Shown: positions 1 through 14,704, counted from the first letter of the stretch. The stretch is DNA of 64,000 nt from Chara braunii (GCA_003427395.1 BFEA01000005.1:4123953-4187952); one strand, 5' to 3'. Numbers and translations are program-made. The notes: a model not told the origin generated them from the sequence alone.

Positions 1-2090
1 GGGTAGTTACAAGCTTGGGAGGTGTGCGTGTTCATCTTTTCTTTGTTGTCTGGAATGGAGGCACCCTGTTTTACCTCTCTCTCTCTCACTCCAATAAAGG
101 TGTGCGCTCACTTATAAAAATAATAATCCCCTCCTCAAACAAGCAGTCTCATTCCTGATCCCCAACGAACATTACGTATATTTGACCATGAGCGAGTCAC
201 GAAATTTATCGACCGGAATGCTCCCCTCTGCTCCAATGGGACACATGCATGCATGAATATGAATAGAGAGGTCTCCGACAGGCGAGCAACATAATTCCAA
301 ACATAACACCATCACATTTCCAACACGATTCATCATACCACCATCACATTTCCATCACGATTTCAATATGATATCCAACATAAAGTCTTGTGTTCAACTG
401 TTAATAAACAGTTTACCAACACATAGTTCAACCTTCCAAACGTAGTTCAACAGAATATAAACAGATTCTCAAGAGTTTACCAACACAAAGTTCAATTGTT
501 TATCCTGTCACTTCATGTGGACTACATAAGTCACGCACGTTGGTTTCCTTCACTTCCTGTTGAGCATGGTGCATGCTCCAGGATAAACAGTTGAAAAACA
601 TTTTCTTAAACGGTTGTTCGGGGGTGAGACCCCACGGTAAAAAAAAAAAAAAAACGGCGACAATTTTTCTGTTGACAGACTCAACAAGCTAGTATTTTTT
701 TCTTTCTTTCTTTTCTTATGAAGACATGCTGGACCCGATTCCCAACACGTGATGCTCCCCACGAATAGATTGCAGCAAGCTAGTATGTTATCATTTGATC
801 ATTTCAACTTTACGTCTTATGTTCAAACTCTCCTCTACTACAAAAATCGGTGTAACGAAAAAGGGGGGGTGACTGGAAGGGGAGAGCGAGGGACTGCCCT
901 GAGTCCACTGAGGGTGCCTTTAATAGTCATGGGGCAGATGGGGAAAGCTATCTGGTACTACCCTGGCCCGAAAAGCTGTGTGAAAGGTAAGGAATAATAA
1001 TTCACTCGTGATAGGCACAACTTGAGACATACATATACATTTTCAGACCCTCCTTGAGACATTTTCCTCAAGTAGATGTCACAGTCTTCCACATGCAACA
1101 GACCTGTCAACCCTCATCATAGACAGAGATAATGAATCCCAACAGAGGGTAGTCGTGAGCTAGTCTATGAAAGCCGCGGGGAAAATTATCAAGTGAGCTC
1201 AATATTTTCTTGTCTGTGACGTCCGTTGAGAAACAATCCTTCCCAACCACTGTTGATCAGTTCCCGAGACGACCCCAGTCGACTTCCCGGGACGATCCCT
1301 GTCGCCTTGCTCGTACTCGGTGTGGTTCGATACCGAAATCAGTACGTGGATGTGACTCAATTATTTTCTGGTTCGAGAACTCCGGGTAACCCCCCGTCAA
1401 TTGTTAACCAACGGATCAGAATCCGTATCCGTCTGAACAATAGCAACACATAACTGGCATTGAGAACCCTCGACAATCACTGGATGTGAAGTTTATCTGC
1501 AGTTCATCCCATTCGTTGTCTAAATCCCGAGGAGCCTGAAATAAGCATAAAAGAGGGCGAGGTCCTCGTGCTAGAATTTAGATCAAGCAGGGACAAGAAA
1601 GAGGGATGGGAAGATGAAGGTTGATGGGACATGGATTATTTTAGACAGTCTCAAAGAGAGCGAGTTGTTCAGTTGAGTGGGGAATTTTTTTTATTGAATA
1701 CGTTTTTTATTTTTATGATTGCAATGACAAACTGCACGACACTGGTTCGTTGCTAGAGACGGTGCAGCTGGCCAGGGCAAAGCTCAGGTGAGCGCAAGGG
1801 TGCCTGGATTCTCTTTCCTAAAACTCCACCAGTGATCGAGTTAGCAAGTTCTCCCATGATTTGTAGCTTTCTCAACATTCCGATGTCAAATGATCAACGT
1901 TCGATGATTCGATATCTCAACATTCAAACAACATTCAATCAACATTCAAACAACATTCTATCAGCATTCACACAACATTCAATCAACATCTAGTCGACAT
2001 TCAATCGTCCGAGTTATTCGAAGTTCTGAGTTAAAAATCAATCAGCACTAAATCATTTATTTTTTTTTCGCACTTGTGATCAGTTTCAGT

Positions 2091-2186
2091 CTGTGAAAGC
2101 CTCCATACGACGTACGGGGGGTTTATCGTACGGTCGTACGTACGACCATATGAATGGTCGTACGACCGTATGTACAGCCCCGTACG

Positions 2187-2223
<37 letters not shown>

Positions 2224-2455
2224 TTTTGTTTTTTTATTTCATGTAACGAATTTCAATATAACCCTAAGGCAAAAGTGTTTCAGTTTAGTTTTCTGCATAA
2301 CATATTTTTGTTTCGGATTTTTTTAACTTTTTTTTTTTTTTCCATACGTACGGTCCGTACTACCATATGAGCCCATACGTATGGCCGTACGTATGCACAT
2401 ACGACCCGTATTTGTACGGGGGTCTATACATGTTTTAGTCAGACAGGGCTTTCAT
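2091..2455. mobile_element. Probable MITE remnant with CGTACG-rich inverted subterminal motifs
   Basis: TGAAAGCC...GGCTTTCA inverted ends, internal poly-A/poly-T, flanking GATCAGTTTCA direct repeat (2078, 2468); no clean TSD. Confidence 0.45.
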
Positions 2456-3207
2456 CTAAAGACACTAGATCAGTTTCAACACTCAGCATCAACTCATGAG
2501 CGTAAACGAGTCATTCCCAGTTTAGGAGGCTGTTCTGGCTGGTCTCAATAGGATTGCACTCTCAAGATGCATTCCAATACCATTATGTCAGCACGGTTGA
2601 TTTTAAGTAAAGAGATTTATCGATCTATGTTGTCCTTGCCAGCTTCGCAGCAGACACCATTCATGACCTGAGACTCTATGTGAAGAAGGGTAAGGAAGTC
2701 TTTGAGCACTTTGATTTGGTCTGGATATCGGCAGCAAGGTATCTTTAGGAGAAGGAAACTGAACTTGATGAGAATAGTACCAAACTGATCCGCAACTTTG
2801 AACCTAAGCTCTATGCTGACTATCCCAACCTCCAGTTTTTTTCCCTCTCATAGACGGTTTTTGTTGGTGTAAATTGGTAGACTTAGCTTAAAGGTACATT
2901 TCTCTTGCAGCAATTGACTATGAGGAAGTAACCGAACCATCAAATTTCCGACATCTCAGATGAGGGATTTTCTCTCAACCGTATCTCCCTATATATGAGA
3001 GGAGTTTTGTGCTATGGTTGATTTTCGCATCATGGCCCTCAGATAGAAGTGCTCGGAACTTGCAGGTTTCAAGTGACTCTACATTCAGAGGCCTCAATCT
3101 CAGGGGGTACATAGGCATGGTTCGAGGCACAGGAGACACACAGCCAATATGAGAAATCAATGATGAGACTTTAGAGGGATGAGTGAGTACTCTTGACTAG
3201 TGTTGGT

Positions 3208-3422
3208 TTCCTGAGAGTATTATGAGTTTCCATTCCTCCCTCATCCACACTTGTCTTTGCTTGAATCAAATGATTTTGTTTCATTTGCATTGGCTTGATT
3301 GATAGTTGTGCCTATTCATCTGTACTTTCCTGAGATTATTACGAGTTATCATTCCTACCTCATTCACACTTGCCTTTGCTCGAGCCAGTTGATCTTGTTT
3401 TATTTGCATTGGCTTGATTGAT
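3208..3422. repeat. Two-copy ~118-bp tandem duplication
   Basis: TTCCTGAGA...TTTGCATTGGCTTGATTGAT occurs twice. Confidence 0.85.
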
Positions 3423-4049
3423 GTTTATGTTCTCAGATGATATTGTCACAGTTCTCAAAATTAGTAAATTGGCAAAATTGATGTATGCATGATACGCCAA
3501 AGTTTAATGATTACTATTTGCATAATCTTTGTTGTTCCAAATCAGAATAAAAGATTCCTAAGACCGGGGACCGACGAAGGCCACAATTGAAGGGTCTCAT
3601 TCGAAACTGGACGCACACAACAGAAAAGGATTGACTTTACTTAATTTATTTTACTTATTGCGAAACAAGCAACAAAATCCTGGATGACGGTCTGTTGACT
3701 TTCTAGTCGCCCGAAGTGACCCGACTGAAAAAATTGCAATAAAAATGACGTCGTTGCCGGTGACATTAAAAATTTTCGTGTCCGGAACGAGCCTGGGTGA
3801 GCATCAACTTTGAACTTTGATGAGGGCTTGAAAACTGTTGACAATCTCTGAATTTTAAGACTAACTCTATCATCTTGAATGAAATATTATTCTCTTAGAA
3901 ATTTCAGTTGCTAACCGAATCTTATCTCTTCATGTGTGAGGTACCACTCTGGAATGGAGAAGGAGACTGACATTATTCATTGGAGAGGATCAGGCTTGAT
4001 CACAGGTATGCCTTATCAGCCCTTGACGTCCTTGAAGCACCGAGAAGGA

Positions 4050-6154
4050 AGAAAATGAGTCAGAAGTCTAGAGACTCCATCAAGAATTCTAACTATTGAT
4101 GCATTGAAAAAACTCTCAAAATTTACTATTAAAAGGATATTCCCCTATCAGTATGAGCATTGTTGGGTCTATCACTTTGACAATTCGACCATCTGTGTAG
4201 TGCTGGCTCGCTTCTTCGAGGAAAATATCTATGATATTCGTCCTTATGTCAAGAAGAGAGGTTGGAATGACGGTGAAACCTTTAATTGGTTATGAGAAAT
4301 TGCATTCCAGTCTATCTACGATGAAAGGACAAAACTAATCAAGCAAAGGAAGAAACCGGAATGAGGGTTAATGTCAGTAACCTATGAAACAATTCCAATT
4401 CCTCCTATCGCTGACAACTACTATAACGGAAATAACTAACTGCGAATCATTAACATGGTATTGAAGTGGGAGAAATGAGAGGGCTGTCATGAGAGAAAAA
4501 AAAAATCCACAGGAAGAAATCAGGCGACGAAGATCAGAATTTGACAAAGGATCAGGTCAAAGCAGAAAAAATGTTTAGTGCCTCTTGAAATCATTGAATG
4601 TCCTAAATAAGAAAAAAGTGTTCCCATATGAGGTTGTCAAGTATGAGATGGTCGAGAGTAGATGGGAACATGAACAATTCTATATTTTGACGTTCTATTT
4701 TATGGAGATGGACACGTATGATGTAAGGATTTATGTTCCCAAAGAAAGAAGTGTTGAGGCTATGTATGAGAGATGCTGACCCTAGTTTTTAACAATAGAG
4801 TGAGAAGCAACCTACAGACGCTTTACGCCCAATCATTCCGGATAACGCTTGCATCCTCTTTCTTACCGCGGCTGCTGGCACAGAGTTAGGAAGTTGTGTT
4901 GAAAGAGAAAGAGAGACTTGAAAGGGGAAATAAGTGTTTCATTGGATCTACTCAGCTTACCGTCTTTGAGAGATTCCCAACTCCTCCTTTACTTGATATT
5001 AATTTGTCAAGGAACAACTGGTCAGTCATGGTAAATTTTGTATGGAAGGTGAAGAGGACTCTATAAGAATACTCTCGACAGCAAGGATAACTGCTGTGAG
5101 AGGCAAACTTTATGAAGTGAGAGAGTAAAAAAATACCTTTGTAATTCTGAGATATGGGACCTATGTAAGAAGGCGTATGATATTTCAAATTCTAGTAGTC
5201 AAATTTTTGAATACTGGTAGCCTGGACGTAAGAATTTACGCCCCAACATGCTTAGAGAAGGAGGTTGATTATTTGAAATGTCGGATGGGAGTATACATTA
5301 GTCTTATAATGACAAAAGAGTGACCTGAAAAGTTACAAAGAAAAGTAACTTGGGAAAAGGAAGTAAGACAATTTGAGAGACTCCATAGCTTCTTAATTAC
5401 TGATGGCTTTGACGACAGGAGAGACTGGTTACCTTTCCTAGAAGTTATTGCCATAGTAGGTAACGCAAGAGACAGTGACGCCACAGTGGTGATAAAGTCA
5501 TTTCTTTTAAATACTTTTCAACACCAGTTTGAGATCCTTGACTACACTCATCCAGAGATCTACCTCTCATGACACTGTCCATAATGATCGATAATGCCTG
5601 ACTTTGTTGAGCAACTAACGTTTGGGGTTGTATTTGAAAGAAGGGTAGTCAAAACAGAAGAGACTCTTCGGATCTCAGACATAAGTCTCTCTACATTGAA
5701 TGAGCTTGAGTTTTTGTAACCTTTCTTAGATCAGATGAGACACTCTGTCGTGATAGCCATCACTGACCAGACTAAGATCAACTATTTACTTTAGGTAGAG
5801 AAAGTATGAATCATTGAGGGAGTATCATATCACTTTTCTAGAGAACGAGTTTCTCTTATCAGGAGAATCAACAACAGTTCATAAGCAATGCAATTTGACT
5901 ATGCGAGTATAGACCTGATACGATAGTTTATGATTTGGGGAACTATGAAAGGATATAACAGAAGATTGCGTAGGGATGATGAGAAGGAACTGATTGAGGA
6001 TTATATTGAAAGGTTGAGAAGAATTGTGTTGCCCTTAATCACCACTCGGTCTATTATTGCCTACACTCTCTACGTACAAAATTATCAAGGGATAGCGCAA
6101 ACAAGAGAGGAAAGAGACAAATGTGTATCTCTTGCGATAAGAGTAAGGGATTAA
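4050..6154 (+). pseudogene. Decayed accessory ORFs upstream of gag, unknown function
   Basis: ORF fragments 4104-4295 and 4585-4779 share FPY...YD(I/V)RxYVxK; further interrupted coding-like frames at 5200-6154. Confidence 0.5.
4806..4889 (-). rRNA. rrn16: Plastid 16S rRNA fragment (NUPT, 84 bp, non-functional)
   Basis: Reverse complement reads CTAACTCTGTGCCAGCAGCCGCGGTAAGAAAGAGGATGCAAGCGTTATCCGGAATGATTGGGCGTAAAGCGTCTGTAGG, the 515F region with plastid-type signature GAGGATGCAAGCGTTATCCGGAATGATTGGG. Confidence 0.93.
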
Positions 6155-6216
6155 GAGTGAGAAGAAAAGGGTCAAGAGTGACAAGAAGAGAGAGAAAAGA
6201 ACATTAAGGACGGTTT

Positions 6217-9200
6217 ATGGTCAAAACGGTTGAACGAGGGAGACCTAACTCTTCTTTAGGGATTCGTGAAGAGACCCTGGTTGGGGCTATACGAAAGTTG
6301 GTCGAGAGAGTTGACACTCTAAAAGAAGGGTTAGATATTGCAAGAGCAAAGAGACCAGATGAAAGGATTTCATGCTTCAGAGAGTCTCAAGTAAATGTTT
6401 TTCCAGATGAATATGAATTATTTGAGCTTAGTTATGGTTGGACACAGAAACAACGACTTAAACACCTTTTATAATATTGTGATACTGACTCACGGTTGGT
6501 TGTTCAAGAATTGATGGAAGGAGCCACTACATGGGAAGAGGTCAAGGAAAGAATGAGAAGAGAATTTGAGAAAAACTTTGTTTCAACCACTGCTGAGGAT
6601 CTTCTCAACATCAAAAGAGCTAAATATGACATTTTCAATGTTTTTCTCCAGACGTTTATCAGAACAACCAGAAGAATTTCAGATTTGAATGAGGCTTCGA
6701 GATGTTCTATTTTTCTGATTAACTTCACTGACATTGGGAGACTGACTGTTCTCAATCAAGCTCAACACTACCTTCTCAGATGAGATGAAATGGTTGTAAT
6801 AGTCAAAACTTTTCCTACGGTTTCACACAAGAAGTGGTCACTGGATCAGATCGGTACGTTAACCAAAGAATGAGAGACTGAAAATGGTATGAACAAAGGG
6901 AATAATCTGAATGATGAAAATATTATTCATCGGGTTTTAACCAATTACATGCCTGCTAATCATCTTGTGGATGAGAAAGGGACGAAGAAAGGTGAAAGTG
7001 AGGATGAAGATGATGACGATGATGATGACTATGGGAAAAGAGGAGATTCCTTTAGATCTCGAAGGAATGGAGGGAATGGTGGAACGGAAAACAGAGAGAG
7101 AAGGAAGTACGATGATCGTCCAAGGAAGAACTTTGTCTGCTACTATTGTGGTGAAGGGGGTCACATTACTACCTACTGTAAGCCTCTAGAAGAGGATGTG
7201 AAGAGTGGGGTAGCAAAGAAGGATGCAATGCGTCATGTCTGTGATAGTTCATGGAACAAATTAGATCTCAGGCATCCTAGAGGTATGAGACTTCTTTCCC
7301 TTAAACATAAAGAAAATATGAAGAAAAAGAAGAAGAGAAAGGCTGATGGAAATTTTCACTTTCTTATGAGAGAACTACCTGACGAACTTGTACGAAGGTC
7401 TGATGATTCTTCCGCCATGATTGAGTTGCCCCTAAAATCCCTGACATTTGTGAAAGACGTTTCTCGCGAGACTTTCACAAGCGAAAATCTTACTTTTCAG
7501 AACCCTTCTGAGTTAGTAGCATCTTCTTCTGATGATTTTGTGTGTGGTTCAGTCAACAGGATGTCTTTTGAGGGTGATCCACCACCAGAAATTGTTGTGG
7601 CGCCTAGTGTAGTGATTAGAGAAATGATAAATCTTCAAGCATGCCTAACGCCTCAAATGAGAGCAAAAAAAGAAAAGGAAGACTGAATAGACACTAAATG
7701 AAACTTTTGATGATCGAGAACCGAACCCTACGTCCAGAAATAATGAACAAGGAAAAAATATGAAATTCATTCTCAAGAGTGAACTGGAAGATGGAACAAT
7801 AATCACTGATGCGAACACAAAAAGGTTAGAGGAAACGGAAGTGACTCTATCATTCAAATAAGTCATAACTCTCGCACCCAAGTTGAGGGAAAAACTAAAT
7901 AAATTAATTGAAAAGAAAAAGATGGAGGTTAACTTCTTGGGATCGACCTTCCCTAGTCAGATGAACAGACCACTGTCAGGTTGTAAGATGAGATGCGCAA
8001 TCATAGGCTTGACACTTAATTATCTAGATTAATCAAGTGAAGATCCGGACCTTGGTAAACTCTGGGGTAGAGATGGTTCTCCTCTTCCAGAGGACTATGG
8101 AGGCCTGTGATTTAACTGTTGATAGGTCTGCAAAGCATATATTAAGCAATATTGTCGGAAAACTCTTTGTGGCTGGTTTCATTGATAATTTACCTATCAA
8201 AGTTGGGACAATGTTTGTTGAACTACTGGGGTTTGTGGTGTCAGAGTTGGACCATGACTGTATCTTGGACACTCAATTCTTGCATAGAATGGAAGCTGTC
8301 AAATTCTTCAGCCATGAAGGGTCATCCTGGATCGGTCTACATGATCCAAAGACTGCCCAAGAACAAACCTTTATGGTCTGTACTTCCCGTAATCATAAAC
8401 ACCAGTTATCGGCCAACTCATCAGAAGGGAATAATTTGTTGAAAAGATAAGAAAAATAGAAGGGAAAGACAAACAAGAGGTTAAAGAGGAAGTCTCAGTG
8501 GATATCAATCAGATTTCAAAGATGATGAAAACTTCTGACAAACCGAAAGATGAAGAAGAACAGATTGACGCATTCAAAAACGTTGTTAAGACCACTAACA
8601 GTGAGAAGATAGAATTAAAGTTTTTATCGACTAATCATTTTTGGAAAAATAGTTACTGATTCAAAGAGGAAGTACAAACCCCAAGGGTTAAAAAAGAACC
8701 CGGTGGAAGTCCTGATAAAAAAAAATTATGATGAAGCACTGAAAAAGGAAAGGAAAATTATCAAGGCACTAAGGGAGTCAAAAAAATTGGGGAATAGAGT
8801 CACTAGAGAAAGATTTGAAACAATGGAGATAGACTAAGATCATTTTATCTTGCCTAAAAAGAAATAATATATCTTCAAAGTGTGTCACAAATTCTCGGGT
8901 GCATTTTTCGTTAATGATGAAGAAAAAGAGCGGTTGGATGTAGATATGATCGATATGACAAAAATCTGGACAATTAATCATATTCCATAGAATGACAGAT
9001 CAACCAAGGATGCCCCGAAGGAAGAGGCAGAGGTGGTGAACTATCTTGATAAGAAAATAGTCTCTAATGTTGCTGAACCTGTTGATGGACCATATGCTAA
9101 CCACTAGTTTATTTCTATAAACGAGGGAGTGGAATGAGATGGATACTGAATCTTCAGAAGCTTAACTCAGTAACGGTACGTGATGCAGGTAGTCTCCCTA

Positions 9201-11740
9201 ATGCTGATTTTCTTTCCGAATCCTTTGTTGGTCATTCAGTTTCCCGTTGATCCCACTAGCCGGCCAATGACTGTTATGCACACACCAAGAGAGCTCATTC
9301 AGATGTGCGTGGTGATTCAAGGTTTGACCAATGGTGTGGCAGTGGTTCAAAGAGATATTATTCATATAATGTAGAATATTTATTACGAGATAACCAACCT
9401 CTATATTGATGATAACCCTGTGAAAGGGCCTATAGTAAGAGATGAGACTTTGGTTGCTGATGGAGTCAGACAATTTGTCTGGGAATCTGCTGAAGGGGTA
9501 AAGATGGTCATAGAGAGACTTCAAAAATATAATCTGACTGTCAGTGGACCAAAGTATTTCTCTTTCAAGCAGAGGTAACCATCTTGGGCTTTAGAAGTTT
9601 CTCCAATAGTAGGAGTTCGGACCCCAAGAAAATAGATAAAATTTTGAACTGGTCTCTGCCCCTCAAGGGAGTGACAAACGTCAGAAGCTTCGTGGACGTC
9701 TGTGGATTCTGAAGGATTTTTACTCCTCATTTTGCTACCTTTGCAGAGCCTTTAAGAGAGATGGTAAGACAATGGCTGAGTTATCATTGTATGAGAAAAG
9801 ACAGATTGTTGCAAAGACTATACAAGAAAAAATAAAAGATGGAGGTGTACTGTGAAGGGTGTCTTTCTACGATGATGAGGAGGGAAAACCGTTCATCATT
9901 GAGACAGATGCAGGACCAGTAACTCTTCGGGGTGTACTTATTCAGAAAGGTGAGAATGAGAAAGAAAGACCTCTAAGGTTTGAGAGTAGAACTTTTAACT
10001 CTACAGAAAGAGGTTACACCCAATTCAAAAAAGAGTTACTTACAATTATCCACCGTCTCAGATGCTTCAGACACTATGTACTCGGAAGGAGATTCACCCT
10101 AAGGACTGATGCATCTGATGTGATTGATGCTATTAAAAAACATCAACAAGCAGATCCAGCAATTGAAGAATCTGCCTATGTTGATAACTTCTTGAATGAG
10201 GAGGACGATGGAGATTATAAGACTCCAAGTTTCCATAATTGGAGCTTATGGCCTGAAGAGAGGGACAACTGGGGAGAAATCCCTGATGCTTATGTCTATG
10301 AATTAATTTTTGAAAAGGAAGAGGAGGAAGAACAAAACGATTGGTATGCTAAAGTCAATGCAACAGCTGTGGCTGCTCATGAATTGAGAGAGAGTTCCGG
10401 TTCAAAGAATGAAGAAGAGATTGAAAAAAGAGAAGAAAATATATCATTTATCTTTGAAGAATATGATGGAAGTTACCAAGAGACTAGGAAGAAGATGGAA
10501 AGAGAACAACTAAAGGAATATTACTGCAAAACCTCAAGGAAGAAGTTCAGATTAAAAAGAGGTCACCTTTTCACGGATGGCAAGAGAGGTTTGCCTCCAA
10601 TAAGAGTTGTCTGTGGGAAAGAAAGACAACTATAAATAATTGCTGCTCTACATGAAGGGGTTGTTGGTGGCCATAGAGATATTGAGGCAACCTACTCTAA
10701 GAAAGTTAAACTTTATTTCTGGCCTGACATGAGAGATACAATTTATCGATTTTGTAAGTCTTGTGTGTTATGTCAGAAGAGGTTTACAACAAGGATGATT
10801 GAACCTTTATTACCCACTATCCTGGTAGAGCCAGGCAGCCAAGTCCACTTGAATCTCATCACCGTGCCCCTATGCAAAGGTGATATGAGATATATACTAA
10901 ACATAAGAGAGAATTTTTCTGGATATGTCGAGGCAAAAACTTTGAAGAGGAAGACAATCAAACAAGTGGCTGACTGGATAGAGGAGGTTTATCTGAAATA
11001 TCCCGTCATCAGAGAGTTCGTCTCAGACAGAGGATCTCAATTCAGAAATGAGATTGTAAGCAAAACCACTCTCAGACTGTGTGTCAGAATTCAGTATTTA
11101 ACCACTTATATAATCCTCAAGCACATGTGCCTGTCGAAAGAGGTCACAAAGCTTTGAAAGATTCATTGGCTAAATGGTATGAAGGGAACCTAAGTAACTG
11201 GCTAAAAATACGAAGAGTTGCAGTCTATGTTGACAACATTACTGTCAAGAGAACAAGTGGTTATACTCCATTAATGTTGTGGTATGGTCGGTATGCTACT
11301 TTACCTATTAAAAGTATAATCAAGACATGATCGAGTCAAGAGAGCGACAGGGAATACTCCATTTCATAATTTCTTCATATCATAATAACACAGCTATCAG
11401 AGGATTATGGATGTTGCAGAAAGAATGATAACCAACAGACCGTCAGATCAAGAGAGATGAAACAAAAAGAGATACATAAGGAAAGAGAAACTAAAGGTTG
11501 TTGACGTTATCCTCTTATTCGATTATTCGCTTGAGACTCAGTACGATTGGAGTCCAGATGGCTCAGTCCATACAGAATTACAAGTGAAGCAGGGAGCAAG
11601 ATCTATGAAATATAAGAGATTGATGGTTCAATAGCTCAGGATATAGTGTCAGAGTCAAGGCTTCGTAAGTTTATTTTCAGAGATCCTGACTTGTTCCCTA
11701 CAATAATCGCAAAGAAAGAAAATAAAAGTTAATTATCTAG
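6217..11740 (+). pseudogene. Ty3/Gypsy gag-pol, degenerate (many stops and frameshifts)
   Basis: Zinc knuckle CYYCGEGGHITTYC (~7138-7180); protease LVNSGVE (D>N, ~8055); RT with LYIDD (~9400); RNase H ETDAG/KKELL/RTD (9890-10110); integrase H..GGH..CKSCVLC (10648-10775), SDRGSQF, VERGH; WLSPY tail. Order PR-RT-RH-IN is Gypsy. Confidence 0.95.
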
Positions 11741-12289
11741 TAAGAGAGTAGTTTCATAAAACTCAGAGAAGTGCAGTGAGAAGGTAAGACACTGCAAGGA
11801 CAAAGACTTTGAAGGACTTTGACTACTCTTGCATTGTCAATTTAGTATGTACATTTTCAGCATATTAAATTCTGACACGAGAGACGATTTCTCAGATGAT
11901 TCGTGTTCGTTTCTACATCTGAATTAATTTTTTTTATTTCTATAAGAGACGAGAGCTAATGAGATCAAAGTGTCACTGATACAGAGCTACAATCTATCCA
12001 TGAGTATCAGATCTTTAAGTGCGGGACAATTGTGAGGAGCAGTTGCAGTAAGGAAATGACGAAAGATCATCCTCCTAAGTATTGATGCAATATCAAGTCC
12101 ATGAAACTCGTGGTTGTGGCACATCAAAGATTGACCGGTATTAGTCTCATGTAATAAATAGAATGTCTGACGGACATAAAGAAGTTCAACTCTACTTTTC
12201 ACCTCACAAATGCTGCCCCCTTGGGTCCTAATCCCCAAGGGGCAATTTTACTTGAGAGAAAAATGCCTTATGGGTCTTTTTCTCGATTT

Positions 12290-13969
12290 TTTTAGTTTGT
12301 AACCCATTTTTGGTAGACCGAGATATTTTTCCATGCAGCGGCACATTTTCAGCCTTGGATCTAGCTGAGATCCAAGACCAACACTATTCCGTGCCCCCCC
12401 TAGTAGCCCTTGCTTTAATTTTGAGCCCCTAAGTCCACTTTTTCAATTTTTGGTGCATCTGACTCTCTTTTTGGATCAAATGCACAGCTTTGTCATTTTC
12501 CCTCTTTTGTTTCTTTCCATTTTGGGCTGCCACCTCATTCCGGAGCTAGCTGTTTTGAGCTGACCCACAAAAAACGGCTAGTTCCTCTCGACCATGAGAT
12601 CTGATTTCATATCCATGGTCCAAAAGAAAACCGGTCACTTCTCTTTTGCATTTTCTCTAATTTTCTTCTTTTTAATTCAGATTTTATTGAGACATGGCCC
12701 CAAGGGCCATAACTCTGCAATCCGGATTGCCCTCCCTCATTCTAGAAGGGATAAGGTCACAGTTGGGACCTGCCAGTCCCTACTTTGCAGGTCCCAATAG
12801 GCCGACACACTCTCCTCCACTCTTTTCTCCCTTTTTGTTTCATTCTCCTTCATTTTTCTCTAATTTTTCTTCTGTTTTTTTTTATTTCAGTTGTGACAAG
12901 TGTCAAACTGCCGTGCACCCTCTTTCTAGGCCTTAAGGCCTTATTCAAAGCCAGGTTCATAGCTGGGACTTGGCCGTTATATCTCGGATTTCAGCAATGG
13001 CACCCCCATGGTCCTAGGGGTCTCCATTTTGCCTCCGTCTGTCCAATTTTGAGCCCCCTTTGCTCCGATTTTCCAAGGACAACCTTTTTCTCATGTTGAG
13101 CCTCTTAAGGCTCTATTTTCTCATGCCTAGCTAGTCCGATATATTTCAGATTGTTGGGTAGCCCTCCCAACTCCATTATTTTTACTTTCTTTTCTCCCCA
13201 TGACTCTCCCACTTGCCCCCACTAGTGCTTGCACTAGTGGTGCTAATTTTTCCCACCGTCTAGATCCTTGATCTCGACGGTGCCGTTTGCTTGCACAATT
13301 ATTCCTTGTGCTTGCTCATGGTTCCCTTGGGACATCCCAAGTCCCCGCCACTTTTCCTCCATACTAGTTCCGTTTTCTTGTCCCGTCGGCGGGCCCGCCG
13401 GCACGTGTCCCATTTTTCGACTTTTATTATTTGAACTCACTTGGTCCCCGACAACATCCGGGACTATGTCCCATTTTTATTTTTGAGGTCCCCTTGCCCT
13501 TGGTGGTCCCACCATCTTTACATGCGTGCTGATTTTTCTAGGCCGTGAGATCTGATCTCACGGTCGCTGTTTACCGTCTCCCATGCCGAAATTGCTCCTT
13601 TCTAGCCTTTTGGGTTTGCCGTGGCCCATTTTCCCTTAGCCTAGGCATCCCTATGCAGCCTGTTATTTCTCGGACTGCAATCATGGTCATTTTTCTAGTC
13701 CCACAGCCCCACAACTTGCCCCATGCTGAAAGAAAATGAAGCGTTAAATTTCTAAGTGCATCCGGGCTCAATATTGACTCCGGGTGCACCTAGAACATGT
13801 GTTTCTCCTTCCCCATGTAATCCGTTTTATTTCGGTTGCATGGTGCTTTGATTTTCTTTGATTTTCTCTGCAAAAATCAAAGAAAATAAAAGTCCATTGT
13901 AACCGGCATATTCCAGAATGAATCTGGTCACGGATGTATCTCCCCAAGTAACCGTTTTTCACCGTTAAG

Positions 13970-14012
<43 letters not shown>

Positions 14013-14508
14013 CTTTTTCCTCCTTTCTTGGACAGTAGGGACCTGCCAATCCCTACTTGTGGCAGTCCCTACTGACGGCCAACTCACTTACTCCCTCTCA
14101 CTCTTCTCGACTTTTCTCCCACATTTTCTTTTCTTTTCTCTCTTTTTCCTAGCATGCCAAGTGTGAAGTGGCCGTTAAGGCTCTTTTCTAGCCCCTTCCT
14201 CTTAGTTTTAACCCTTCCTATGCCCAAGGTGCAGTCCGTTTTATCTTGGACTGCAATAGTGGCGCTCTCATGCCCATGAGAGCTTCCTTTTACTTCAATT
14301 TTTCTCCCATTGTGACCCCTCCTACTCCGATTTTCTCCCGGTGGCCTATTTTTCACATGGGGTCTTTTTTGACTCTATTTTCTTGAGGGAGGTTGATCTG
14401 AGATTTTTCGGTTTGCTTCCATGCCCCGTACTTCAAGTTTCTTTACTTTTTCTTTTCCTTTCGGCCCTCCCATTTGCTACCGCTGGTGCTTGCACTAGTG
14501 GTGCTAAT
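12290..14508 (+). repeat. LTR-like/non-coding repeat block A (continues, inverted, at 17063-17814)
   Basis: Collinear with block B (e.g. GCGGCACATTTTCAGCCTTGGATCT, CCCACAAAAAACGGCTAGTTCCTCT); contains internal duplications. Confidence 0.8.
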
Positions 14509-14704
14509 CTATGTGACACTCGCGGCCTAGGCGGCGGGCATTTCGGCCGCTGCGGCCATGATTCTCAGCCGTGGCTATGACCGATAAGGCCCAGCCCACG
14601 GCCTGGTTTTTCAATATTTGTTTTCTCTCCCCCTAAAAATACGTCCAACAAAAATAAAAACATATGAGGGTGAAAAACCCTACACTCCTATATTTTGTTT
14701 TTTT

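Larger units (their letters stand above)
851..12250 (+). mobile_element. Large Gypsy LTR retrotransposon 1 (boundaries approximate)
   Basis: gag-pol plus upstream purine-rich decayed ORFs; TGTAACG at 851 is a possible LTR start; no matching LTR pair or PBS confirmed. Confidence 0.55.

Noticed and set aside
557-753. MITE
   Set aside because: Weak GAGCAT/ATGCTC inverted ends and A/T tracts, but no TSD.
1450-1470. Primer-binding site TGGCATTGAG
   Set aside because: Cannot be assigned to a tRNA or tied to a verified LTR end.
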